64,000 bases of DNA, from contig DIEX01000031.1 of NCBI GenBank assembly GCA_002418835.1, forward strand, positions 137,617 through 201,616. Reading direction: 5' to 3'. The notes below the pieces were generated by a model. It saw only the letters and a program-made list of their open reading frames with translations. It was not told the DNA's origin and did not search any database. The position numbers were made by a program, and so were the translations under genes. Source of the stretch: Spirochaetia bacterium UBA5763. GTDB lineage: Bacteria > Spirochaetota > UBA4802 > UBA5550. Below are positions 1 to 8,074 of the stretch, one piece after another. The first letter of the stretch is position 1. Each line of letters begins with the position of its first letter.

Positions 1-84
1 GGGACTTTTAAGGGGCTATGCCCATTATACCCCTTTAGTATTAATCGGTTTTGCAATAATCAAATATTAGTACGGAGGTAAAAT

Positions 85-1422
85 ATGGTTTCAGGCGGTA
101 TTGCTTTACTGCTTCTGCTTATTGCGGTCATACTCATTGTTTACGCCACAGGCAGGGCAAAGATAAATGCCTTTGTTGTTCTCATTATGATTGCCTTTAT
201 TTACGGCCTCTCCATTGGCATGCCGGCTATGGATGTAATCAAGGCGATTAAAGATGGTTTTGGCGGTACTCTTGCCAGTATCGGTATAGTTATCATTGCC
301 GGTACAATCATGGGGTATATCCTGGAAAAAACAGGCGCAGCTCTCGCAATGACAAGAGCAATCCTTAAGATTGTCGGGAAGGATCAGGCTCCTCTTGCGA
401 TGAACATCGCGGGTTATATCACATCTATTCCTGTATTCTGTGACTCAGGTTATGTTATTCTTACTCCTCTCAACAAGGCTTTGTCAAATGAGACGGGTAA
501 ATCAATGGCAGTAATGGCTGTAGCTCTTTCAACAGGTTTGTATGCAACTCATACAATGGTTCCGCCTACACCGGGGCCTATCGCTGCTGCCGGCGCACTG
601 GGCGCTGATGTTGGTACAGTTATTGTTTTCGGTCTTATTGCGTCTATTCCTGCTGCATTATCAGGATGGCTATGGGCAAATTATATCGGAAAGAAATATG
701 ATATTAAGCCTGAGGTTGAGGAGAGTTATACTCACCTTATAGAGAAGTACGGTAAGCTCCCCAGCACATTCATGTCATTTATGCCGCTGGCTCTTCCGAT
801 ATTTCTTATTCTCCTTAAATCTATTTCGGCGTTTCCGACTCTCCCTTTCGGGCCTAAGGACAGCACCGCTTATATTGTGATCAACTTTATAGGGGACCCT
901 GTGACTGCTCTTATGATAGGGGTTATTGTGAGCCTTTTCCTTGTCAAGAGAGAGGAACTTGGTACTGCTGTTGAAACATGGATGGGGCATGGTATAAAAG
1001 ATGCCGCTATTATCCTTGCGATTACAGGAGCAGGTGGTGCTTTTGGTAAAGTTCTCCAGGGCTCGCCTATGGTCGAGTTTATCAAGATAAACATGGGGGG
1101 ATTGAATCTCGGTCTATTCCTTCCATTTATAATTTCGGCAGCACTTAAGTCAGCACAGGGTTCATCCACTGTGGCTATTATTACAACAGCATCGATCCTC
1201 GCACCGCTGCTTGGCACACTGGGGCTTAATCCGGCACTCACTGTTGTTGCAATAGGCGCGGGTTCAATGGTTGTTTCTCATGCCAATGACTCTTACTTCT
1301 GGGTTGTATCGCAGTTTTCGAATATGCCTGTTAATACGGCATATAAGATTTACACAACTGCAACGGCCATTGAGGGTACTGTGGCCTTTGTGACATGTTT
1401 TATAATCAGTCTATTTTTGTGA
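85..1422 (+). CDS. GntP-family (gluconate/organic-acid:H+ symporter-type) permease
   Basis: 445-aa ORF, polytopic hydrophobic throughout, GGAGG RBS 8 nt upstream of ATG; composition and length typical of the GntP/DsdX permease family; a rho-independent terminator follows. Confidence 0.6.
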   Translation: MVSGGIALLLLLIAVILIVYATGRAKINAFVVLIMIAFIYGLSIGMPAMDVIKAIKDGFGGTLASIGIVIIAGTIMGYILEKTGAALAMTRAILKIVGKDQAPLAMNIAGYITSIPVFCDSGYVILTPLNKALSNETGKSMAVMAVALSTGLYATHTMVPPTPGPIAAAGALGADVGTVIVFGLIASIPAALSGWLWANYIGKKYDIKPEVEESYTHLIEKYGKLPSTFMSFMPLALPIFLILLKSISAFPTLPFGPKDSTAYIVINFIGDPVTALMIGVIVSLFLVKREELGTAVETWMGHGIKDAAIILAITGAGGAFGKVLQGSPMVEFIKINMGGLNLGLFLPFIISAALKSAQGSSTVAIITTASILAPLLGTLGLNPALTVVAIGAGSMVVSHANDSYFWVVSQFSNMPVNTAYKIYTTATAIEGTVAFVTCFIISLFL

Positions 1423-1439
1423 CCGCTCCTTTATTCCTA

Positions 1440-1471
1440 CTCCTTTCCTCATTGATGGGGAAAGGAGTTTT
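1440..1471 (+). terminator. rho-independent terminator after permease gene
   Basis: hairpin TCCTTTCC-loop-GGAAAGGA followed by GTTTT, immediately 3' of stop at 1422. Confidence 0.55.
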
Positions 1472-1550
1472 GAGGTAAAGGCGGATTTTTTATTGTTTGA
1501 AAAAAAGTTTATAACTTGGGGTTGTCTAAAAAGTCAGATTTTCTTGTTTT

Positions 1551-1694
1551 TGTCATTCCGGTTTCACCCCAAGAGTGCTTCTTCGCTGCGCTCAGGGCGT
1601 GCACACTTCAATTCGTGCAAATACCGGAATCTCCTGATTAAATCAGTTGTATGAGATACCGGCATTTCGCTTCGCTACAGCCGGTATGACAAAG
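1551..1694. repeat. structured intergenic repeat (MITE/REP-like), copy 1
   Basis: TTGTCATTCCGG ... CCGGTATGACAAA termini; internal hairpin CCGGAATCTCC..ATGAGATACCGG; shares modules with copies at 4442, 41721, 45055, 49112. Confidence 0.8.
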
Positions 1695-1733
1695 AAATTA
1701 CTTTTAGGTCAGCCTCGCTAAGGGGGGGGGGAG

Positions 1734-2408
1734 ATGTTTGCAGATTTTCAAAAATGGTTATACCGGAGAATGGCTTTGAACTTTATGACAGCAGGTAAAC
1801 CGGGTAAAGCTGAAAGGTGGTATAAAAAACTTGAGAAATTTGAACCGGACAGTCTTGAGGTGCTTCATAACCTTGGTGTAATTTATATTGCTTTAAACAG
1901 ACATTCAGAGGCGGAGAAATACCTGCTGAAAGAGATAGATCTCTATGGAGAATCGGAGATAAGGGACAGGGTGCTTGGTGATCTTTACTATGTCAGCGGC
2001 AACAGGGATATGGCAGGACGTTTCTATGGTAAAGCTCTCACCCTTCTGCAAAACGGAAGCAGAGATAAGAGTACAGAGAGATTCCTCCGTAGAAGAATAA
2101 AACACTGCAGTGAGCATTTATCTTATGAAAAAGCTATGGAAGGTATGAAGCATTATGAAGATGGTGCAGCTCTGTATGCTAAAGGTGATTATGACGAAGC
2201 CCTTCATAGCTATAATAAAGCTGTTCGTTGTGACAACTCGTCTTATCTGGCAATGAATGCGGCAGGGACACTACTCATGAACAACATAAAAGATTACGAG
2301 CAGGCAAGGAATTTTTTCAGGAAAGCTCTGGATCTCGCGGATATTCCGCTTGTTAAACATAATCTCGAGCTGGCGGAGTATAAGATTAAGAAGAACGGGG
2401 TGAAGTGA
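1734..2408 (+). CDS. TPR-repeat protein
   Basis: 224 aa with recurring TPR-like helical repeats (W-LG-Y-A-F-A-P motifs, e.g. LHNLGVIYIALNRHSEAEKYL, AALYAKGDYDEALHSYNKAV); G10 tract forms its RBS; stop overlaps start of next gene. Confidence 0.6.
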   Translation: MFADFQKWLYRRMALNFMTAGKPGKAERWYKKLEKFEPDSLEVLHNLGVIYIALNRHSEAEKYLLKEIDLYGESEIRDRVLGDLYYVSGNRDMAGRFYGKALTLLQNGSRDKSTERFLRRRIKHCSEHLSYEKAMEGMKHYEDGAALYAKGDYDEALHSYNKAVRCDNSSYLAMNAAGTLLMNNIKDYEQARNFFRKALDLADIPLVKHNLELAEYKIKKNGVK

Positions 2409-3775
2409 TGGAAAACCGGAAAGCCATGGATATTCTTGAGTCTGTTTTCAGGGCCGGTCTCAAACGGATAGACCCCCTGTTGATGATGAAAAATCAGCTC
2501 ACACTGAAAGGTGATGAGTTAACTATAGATACAGGTACAGAGCGGCATTCTGTTGACCTGGGAAATGTGGAGCGTATACTTGTTACGGGAATGGGGAAAG
2601 CTTCAGCTCGAATGGCGCTGGGACTGGAACAGGTACTTGGAGACAGGTTAGACAGCGGAATTATTGCTGTTAAGTACGGGCATGTTGAGACTCTTAAAAA
2701 GATTAAGCTTATGGAGGCGGGGCACCCTGTTCCTGACCGTGGTTCAATCAATGCTGCAAATGAGATTATATCCTATGTAAAAGGCGCGGGTGATAAAGAC
2801 ATAGTGATTAACCTTGTTTCAGGTGGCGGCTCATCTGTAATGAGCTTACCGTATTCCGGTGAGGGTGGTATGTCTATATCCCTTGAGGAGAAACAGGCTG
2901 TTTCAAAACTCCTGCTTGCATGCGGCGCTGATATACATGAAATTAACTGTATAAGAAAACATCTTTCGGGCGTGAAAGGGGGGAGGTTCGCCGAGATGAT
3001 CTATCCGGCGCGCTGCTTCAGCCTTATTCTTTCTGATGTTGTGGGTGATAACCTCGATGCAATAGCTTCCGGGGCCACTGTGCCTGACAGCACATCATTC
3101 GGCGATGTTATAAATATTGTCAGCAGGTATTCTCTTGGAGATAAACTGCCTGAAAATGTTATGAAGATTTTTCATGCCGGGGCAGAGGGTAAAATACCTG
3201 ATACGCCTAAACCAGGCAGTGCCATATTCAGCAGGGTGCGTAATATACTTATCGGCACCAATTACCATGCTTTACTTGCCTCTGCTGAAGAAGCCAGGAG
3301 GCTCGGATGTAAAACTGAAGTGCTCACATCTGTGCTCACAGGGGAAGCCAGGGAGATAGCCCATTTTTTCGCTGCAATGGGGCGTGATGCCTGCACATGG
3401 AGGGACAGCTGTGACCTCCCGATATGCATTATCGCAGGAGGGGAAACCACTGTGACACTGAAGGGGGATGGCCTTGGAGGGAGATGCCAGGAGATGGCTC
3501 TTTCATTCATTGATAATCTGAGGAAGACCCCGCTTATTGCTGACAGAATATTTTTTCTTGCAGCAGGCACTGACGGCAACGACGGGCCCACTGATGCTGC
3601 CGGGGCTTTCGCGTCGATGGAGCTTTTCAGGAAAGGGAAAGAACTTGGTCTTGATCCGGAAAAGTTTATAACTGCAAGCGACTCGTACCATTATCATGAA
3701 AAGACAGGGGGATTGCTGAAGACCGGCCCCACGGGGACTAATGTCTGTGATATCCATATAGTGCTTGTTGTATAA
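2405..3775 (+). CDS. glycerate kinase, MOFRL family (glycerate 2-kinase / hydroxypyruvate reductase-like)
   Basis: 456 aa; N-terminal GMGKASARMA P-loop-like motif and overall DUF4147+MOFRL architecture; start overlaps upstream stop (GTGATGG). Confidence 0.75.
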   Translation: MMENRKAMDILESVFRAGLKRIDPLLMMKNQLTLKGDELTIDTGTERHSVDLGNVERILVTGMGKASARMALGLEQVLGDRLDSGIIAVKYGHVETLKKIKLMEAGHPVPDRGSINAANEIISYVKGAGDKDIVINLVSGGGSSVMSLPYSGEGGMSISLEEKQAVSKLLLACGADIHEINCIRKHLSGVKGGRFAEMIYPARCFSLILSDVVGDNLDAIASGATVPDSTSFGDVINIVSRYSLGDKLPENVMKIFHAGAEGKIPDTPKPGSAIFSRVRNILIGTNYHALLASAEEARRLGCKTEVLTSVLTGEAREIAHFFAAMGRDACTWRDSCDLPICIIAGGETTVTLKGDGLGGRCQEMALSFIDNLRKTPLIADRIFFLAAGTDGNDGPTDAAGAFASMELFRKGKELGLDPEKFITASDSYHYHEKTGGLLKTGPTGTNVCDIHIVLVV

Positions 3776-3776
3776 T

Positions 3777-4364
3777 TCATAAACCCTCAATGCGGAATGA
3801 TTTGACTATGTCAGTGCTCTGTTTCAGGTATTCAGTTGCGCTCCCTGCCAGGGGGCTCCTTTTGGGGAAAGAGACAGTCAGCTTGACAACCGCCATCTTT
3901 TCTCCGTTTTTTGATGATAATACACCGGTCACTGAAAAGCCCGATCTTTTTCTATCTTCAAATAGATGATAAAAGAACCGGGCGTTGTGTGTCGCATCCT
4001 CATATCCGTCTGATCTGAGAAAATGGAGCGTAACTTTATCCTGAACTCTATTTTTCCTGTAAAAATCAGTCTCCTTTTTTACAAGCTCAGTTGAACCGGC
4101 TGCGTAATAGTTAACATTAAGATCAACAGTATGAGTGTTATACCCTGCTGTATATGAGATAATTCTGCTGTCTTCAGGCGGATTCTCCATTTCCGCAGGA
4201 GTCCAGGTGACAGGGAGATCAATGTGAAAATCGCCATAATGCTTCTTCTCTCTATTATCAAAATCTATTTTTTGTGATTTCCCCGGATTGTCAGCACCGT
4301 ATAATGTCAAATTAAAAGCGAACATCATTATAATCACTGGTATAAACTTTTTCTGCTTCATCAT
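3777..4364 (-). CDS. secreted hypothetical protein (signal peptide)
   Basis: ORF 3777..4391; more likely start is ATGATG at 4364 preceded by GGAG RBS; N-terminus MMKQKKFIPVIIMMFAFNLTLYGA is a signal peptide. Confidence 0.5.
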   Translation of the reverse strand: MMKQKKFIPVIIMMFAFNLTLYGADNPGKSQKIDFDNREKKHYGDFHIDLPVTWTPAEMENPPEDSRIISYTAGYNTHTVDLNVNYYAAGSTELVKKETDFYRKNRVQDKVTLHFLRSDGYEDATHNARFFYHLFEDRKRSGFSVTGVLSSKNGEKMAVVKLTVSFPKRSPLAGSATEYLKQSTDIVKSFRIEGL

Positions 4365-4441
4365 GTCACTCCATTTATAATACTTAATCAATGTTTATTC
4401 CTAAAGATAGTTTTTAGTGCAAAGCTATAAATTTAGTTTTC

Positions 4442-4578
4442 TGTCATACCGGCTGTAGCGTGCGCGCCCTGAGCGTAGCGAAGAAGTACCCTTGGGGTAA
4501 AATGCCGGAATCTCATAATATTGTTCTATGAGATTCCGGCATTTGCACGAACTGATGATGCAAAACCGGAATGACAAA
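4442..4578. repeat. structured intergenic repeat, copy 2 (inverted/module-shuffled relative to copy 1)
   Basis: TGTCATACCGG...CCGGAATGACAA termini; contains GCGCCCTGAGCGTAGCGAAGAAGTACCCTTGGGG module (reverse complement of copy 1 module) and hairpin CCGGAATCTCATA..TATGAGATTCCGG. Confidence 0.8.
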
Positions 4579-4804
4579 AATTTAAGCTTATAATAATTAT
4601 ATAGCATAATTTTTTTTTAGAGTTTTTTATCTTTATAATTCTTTTAGGAATTATTACTGATACTTAATATATATACATTCCCGTTGTTTCGCATAATTTT
4701 TTATTTCTGAAACTTCTTGACTGATGTCTCTTTGAACTGATTATTGGAATAATACAAACAGTCATCTGCTGCTCTTTATTTGCGGCAGCGGCACTAGAGG
4801 CTAT

Positions 4805-5569
4805 ATGACACAATCAGTTTTCACTCTTACAGAAACATATACAGTCCGATCTTATGAAACAGATGTTAATGCACGTGCAACAATTCAGACAATGGTTAAT
4901 TATCTGCAGAACAGCGGATTTAACCATGCACTGATCCTCCGGAAATCGGGCGGGCTCTCTCACGATCCATCCACCGCATATTTTCTTACACGGCAGAAGG
5001 TGAGGATTTTCCGCTACCCTGAATGGCAGGAGACAATAACAGTAAATACATGGCTTGATCCCCGCATAGAAAAATATGCTGTCCGTGAATTCGAAATTAT
5101 TGATGCTGCCGGAGAGGTAATCGGGTGCGCCACTAATTCAGCATCTTTCTATGATCTCAAAGAGAAGAGGGTGATACCAGCATCACAGCGTATGCATAAT
5201 ATTCCTGTGCCGCCCCGCAGCCGCGCACTGGACGATCCATTTGATTCAATACCCCGTCCCTCTGTTGCAGAGTTTTCTGTGGAGTTTACTACACGCCTTG
5301 CTGACCTGGATATGTACCGTCACGTGAATAATGTCGTCTATGTTGAATGGGCTGTTGAAACACTCCCCCGCAGTGTATGGGAAGGTTGGACTCTTCGCGA
5401 TCATGAAATAAACTTCCGCTCTGAAACATCTATTGATGATGTTATACTCTCCGAAGCGGAGGAGATAACATGCAGTGATACCCGTATATTTCTGCACAGG
5501 CTCACGCGTAAGTCTGACGGAAAAGAAACAGCCCTTCTCAGAACATGGTGGCATAAGAATATAAAATAA
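4805..5569 (+). CDS. acyl-ACP thioesterase (FatA/FatB-like)
   Basis: 254 aa; N-terminal hotdog with TYTVRSYETD...ATIQTMVNYLQ and C-terminal second hotdog with YRHVNNVVYVEW motif typical of acyl-ACP thioesterases. Confidence 0.75.
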   Translation: MTQSVFTLTETYTVRSYETDVNARATIQTMVNYLQNSGFNHALILRKSGGLSHDPSTAYFLTRQKVRIFRYPEWQETITVNTWLDPRIEKYAVREFEIIDAAGEVIGCATNSASFYDLKEKRVIPASQRMHNIPVPPRSRALDDPFDSIPRPSVAEFSVEFTTRLADLDMYRHVNNVVYVEWAVETLPRSVWEGWTLRDHEINFRSETSIDDVILSEAEEITCSDTRIFLHRLTRKSDGKETALLRTWWHKNIK

Positions 5570-5579
5570 AGGGGGAATC

Positions 5580-6347
5580 GTGATGCAGAAGATGAAGATA
5601 AACAATACAGGTCTTATTGCAGGGAGGTGGCCTCTTGATCCGTCACTCCCGTCGCTTGTTTTTATACACGGCGCCGCGGGTTCAAAGCAGTTCTGGAAAG
5701 AGCAGGTGAGCGGTCTCTCTGACTGCTGCAATCCCATTGCTGTTGATCTCCCCGGGCATGGAGATGACAGCGGCAGCGGCTTTGATACAGTGGATGCTTA
5801 TGCGGATGCTGTAGAGAGTTTCATAGAAGAAGCAGGTATAGTTACACCCGTTGTATGCGGCCTCAGCATGGGGGGGGGCATTGTACAGAAACTGCTGCTT
5901 GACGGGAGACTTAAATATAAAGCCGGGATAATTTTAAATTCAGGGGCACGGCTTAAGGTTATGCCTGCAATATTTGAACTTATACAGAATAACTACAGCG
6001 GCTATGTTTCATCACTCCCGGCAATGGGTGCTTCAGATAAGTGTGATCCCTCGAAGCTTGCAGAAGTAATAGCAGACGCTGAGAAAAGCCGGCCTGAAAT
6101 AACTTTTAGTGATTTCACCGCATGCAACATTTTTGATGTAACAGAGAGACTCGGAGACATTAAGGTGCCGCTCCTTGTACTCACAGCAGAAGAGGACAAG
6201 CTTTCACCTGTGAAGTACGGGAGGTTTATTCATGAGCGAGTGACCGGGTCAACATTCCTCACAATTCCAGGGGCCGGGCATTTTTCCCCGGTTGAGAAAC
6301 CTGATGAGGTTAATGAAGCAATAAGAGCATTTGTTACATCCAGGTAA
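5580..6347 (+). CDS. alpha/beta-fold hydrolase
   Basis: 255 aa; GLSMGG nucleophile elbow (GxSxG), C-terminal GAGH motif; contains a G9 homopolymer in the elbow codons. Confidence 0.75.
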   Translation: MMQKMKINNTGLIAGRWPLDPSLPSLVFIHGAAGSKQFWKEQVSGLSDCCNPIAVDLPGHGDDSGSGFDTVDAYADAVESFIEEAGIVTPVVCGLSMGGGIVQKLLLDGRLKYKAGIILNSGARLKVMPAIFELIQNNYSGYVSSLPAMGASDKCDPSKLAEVIADAEKSRPEITFSDFTACNIFDVTERLGDIKVPLLVLTAEEDKLSPVKYGRFIHERVTGSTFLTIPGAGHFSPVEKPDEVNEAIRAFVTSR

Positions 6348-6589
6348 AATTTCTGCTCAAAATGGTGGAGCGGACTTTCTACCTAATCTAAAATTTATGG
6401 ACATATACTTCTTTCTTGACAAACTTTTTCCGGTGTGAAAATTTTGATTAATTTTTGCCGGACAGAATTACCATTATTTTTTTATCGCTCTGAAAATCCC
6501 TTTTCGCCGGGGATCGGATTGTCACATATATAAAAATCTCTTCAGAGGGTTTTCTTCCCGCAAAAAAATCCTATCGCCAGGAGGAGAGT

Positions 6590-6865
6590 ATGCACATTTT
6601 ATCAGATATGGGACACGGGTGGCACAATATAATCAATGCCAATGGAATATCCATTACTATTGTAGGGATGCTTCTTGTGTTTTTTTCACTTTCTATAATC
6701 AGTTTAATTATCGCTTCAATGCCGCATTTCCTGAAAATTGTTGAAAGGTATTTCCCTGAAGAGGAAGAGGAATTCGCAAAGAAAGGTGTGAAGGCGGTTT
6801 CTGAAACAGAGGTTGTTGCGGCAATAAGCGCGGCTCTTTGTCACAACATGAAGTCTTCTAATTAA
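6590..6865 (+). CDS. oadG: oxaloacetate decarboxylase gamma subunit-like small membrane protein
   Basis: 91 aa, single TM helix then acidic linker (EEEEEF), positioned directly upstream of beta and alpha subunits; GGAGGAG RBS. Confidence 0.5.
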   Translation: MHILSDMGHGWHNIINANGISITIVGMLLVFFSLSIISLIIASMPHFLKIVERYFPEEEEEFAKKGVKAVSETEVVAAISAALCHNMKSSN

Positions 6866-6885
6866 TTGATAAAATGGTACATTAG

Positions 6886-8013
6886 ATGGAATTTTTTATT
6901 GAGTTTTTTAAAACCACAGGTTTCTACCTGATGACACCCGGTAATCTTATGATGATTATCATCGGGCTTGTTTTTATAGGTCTCGCAATCATAAAACATT
7001 ACGAACCGCTTCTTCTTCTCCCTATCGGCTTCGGTATGATAGTGGGGAATATCCCTTCAATAGCAAGTATGCCGCTTGGAGTTTATGACGCGGGGAGCGT
7101 TCTGAATTATATATACTTCGGTGTGACACAGGGGATTTTTCCTCCGCTTATTTTTCTCGGTATAGGGGCGATGACAGATTTCTCTACGATGCTTTCCAAT
7201 CCGAAGCTGATATTGCTTGGTGCTGCTGCGCAGATTGGTATATTCCTTACATTGATCGGGGCGCTGTACCTGGGGTTCACGCCGCAGGAGGCCAGTTCAA
7301 TCGGTATAATCGGTGGAGCTGACGGTCCAACTGCGATATTCCTCACTGCAAAGCTCGCTCCGCATCTCCTTGGATCTGTTGCCATTGCGGCATATTCTTA
7401 CATGGCCCTTGTGCCGGTAATTCAGCCTCCGGTTATGTATCTTCTTACAACAAAGAAAGAGAGGCTTATAAGAATGAAGCCATCGCGCACTGTATCAAAG
7501 CGCGAAAAGATATTATTTCCTATCATTGCTTTTCTTGTGTCTGCTCTTATCGTTCCCGGTTCACTTTCACTTATCGGGATGCTTTTCTTCGGTAATCTTC
7601 TTAAAGAGAGTTTTGTAACAGAGCGTCTTGCCCAGACTGCGCGTACAGCCCTTATCGATATAGTAACAATACTCCTGGGGCTTACAGTGGGTGCCAGTAC
7701 ACAGGCGCAGACTTTCCTTACGAAACAGTCAATACTGATTTTTGCTCTAGGGGCGGTATCATTTGCAATCGCTACTGCCGGTGGAGTTCTTTTTGCCAAG
7801 ATTATGAATTTATTCATTAAAGATAAAATCAATCCTCTGATCGGTGCGGCAGGAGTTTCGGCAGTACCGGATTCCGCAAGGGTTGCCCAGATTATAGGGC
7901 AGAAGGAGGACCCGCACAACCACCTCCTTATGCATGCCATGGCTCCAAACGTTGCGGGTGTTGTAGGTTCCGCTATTGCTGCCGGTTTTCTCTGGTCTCT
8001 GCTGGTTAAGTAG
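6886..8013 (+). CDS. oadB: Na+-transporting decarboxylase beta subunit (oxaloacetate decarboxylase beta chain)
   Basis: 375 aa polytopic membrane protein with conserved IGIIGGADGPT motif of OadB/MmdB/GcdB family. Confidence 0.85.
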   Translation: MEFFIEFFKTTGFYLMTPGNLMMIIIGLVFIGLAIIKHYEPLLLLPIGFGMIVGNIPSIASMPLGVYDAGSVLNYIYFGVTQGIFPPLIFLGIGAMTDFSTMLSNPKLILLGAAAQIGIFLTLIGALYLGFTPQEASSIGIIGGADGPTAIFLTAKLAPHLLGSVAIAAYSYMALVPVIQPPVMYLLTTKKERLIRMKPSRTVSKREKILFPIIAFLVSALIVPGSLSLIGMLFFGNLLKESFVTERLAQTARTALIDIVTILLGLTVGASTQAQTFLTKQSILIFALGAVSFAIATAGGVLFAKIMNLFIKDKINPLIGAAGVSAVPDSARVAQIIGQKEDPHNHLLMHAMAPNVAGVVGSAIAAGFLWSLLVK

Positions 8014-8074
8014 CGCGCATGGGGCCATGCAAACACATAATTGTTTTGTTAAAAAAATATAATTGGTGAAATTG

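Noticed and set aside
4425-4607. 60-aa ORF on the minus strand
   Set aside because: It lies entirely inside repeat copy 2, with no RBS and a low-complexity translation, and equivalent ORFs are absent in the other copies. It is an artefact of the repeat.
6409-6450. TTGACA -35-like hexamer upstream of the oad operon
   Set aside because: No convincing -10 element sits at 16-18 bp spacing (only GAAAAT/TGTGAAAAT), so no confident promoter call.
7422-8036. 204-aa antisense ORF overlapping oadB, and similar antisense ORFs at 870..1241, 5246..5737, 56816..57526 and 24402..24953
   Set aside because: These are embedded opposite well-supported genes, lack RBS signals and have skewed compositions rich in Arg, Ser and Pro. 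They look like typical shadow ORFs.
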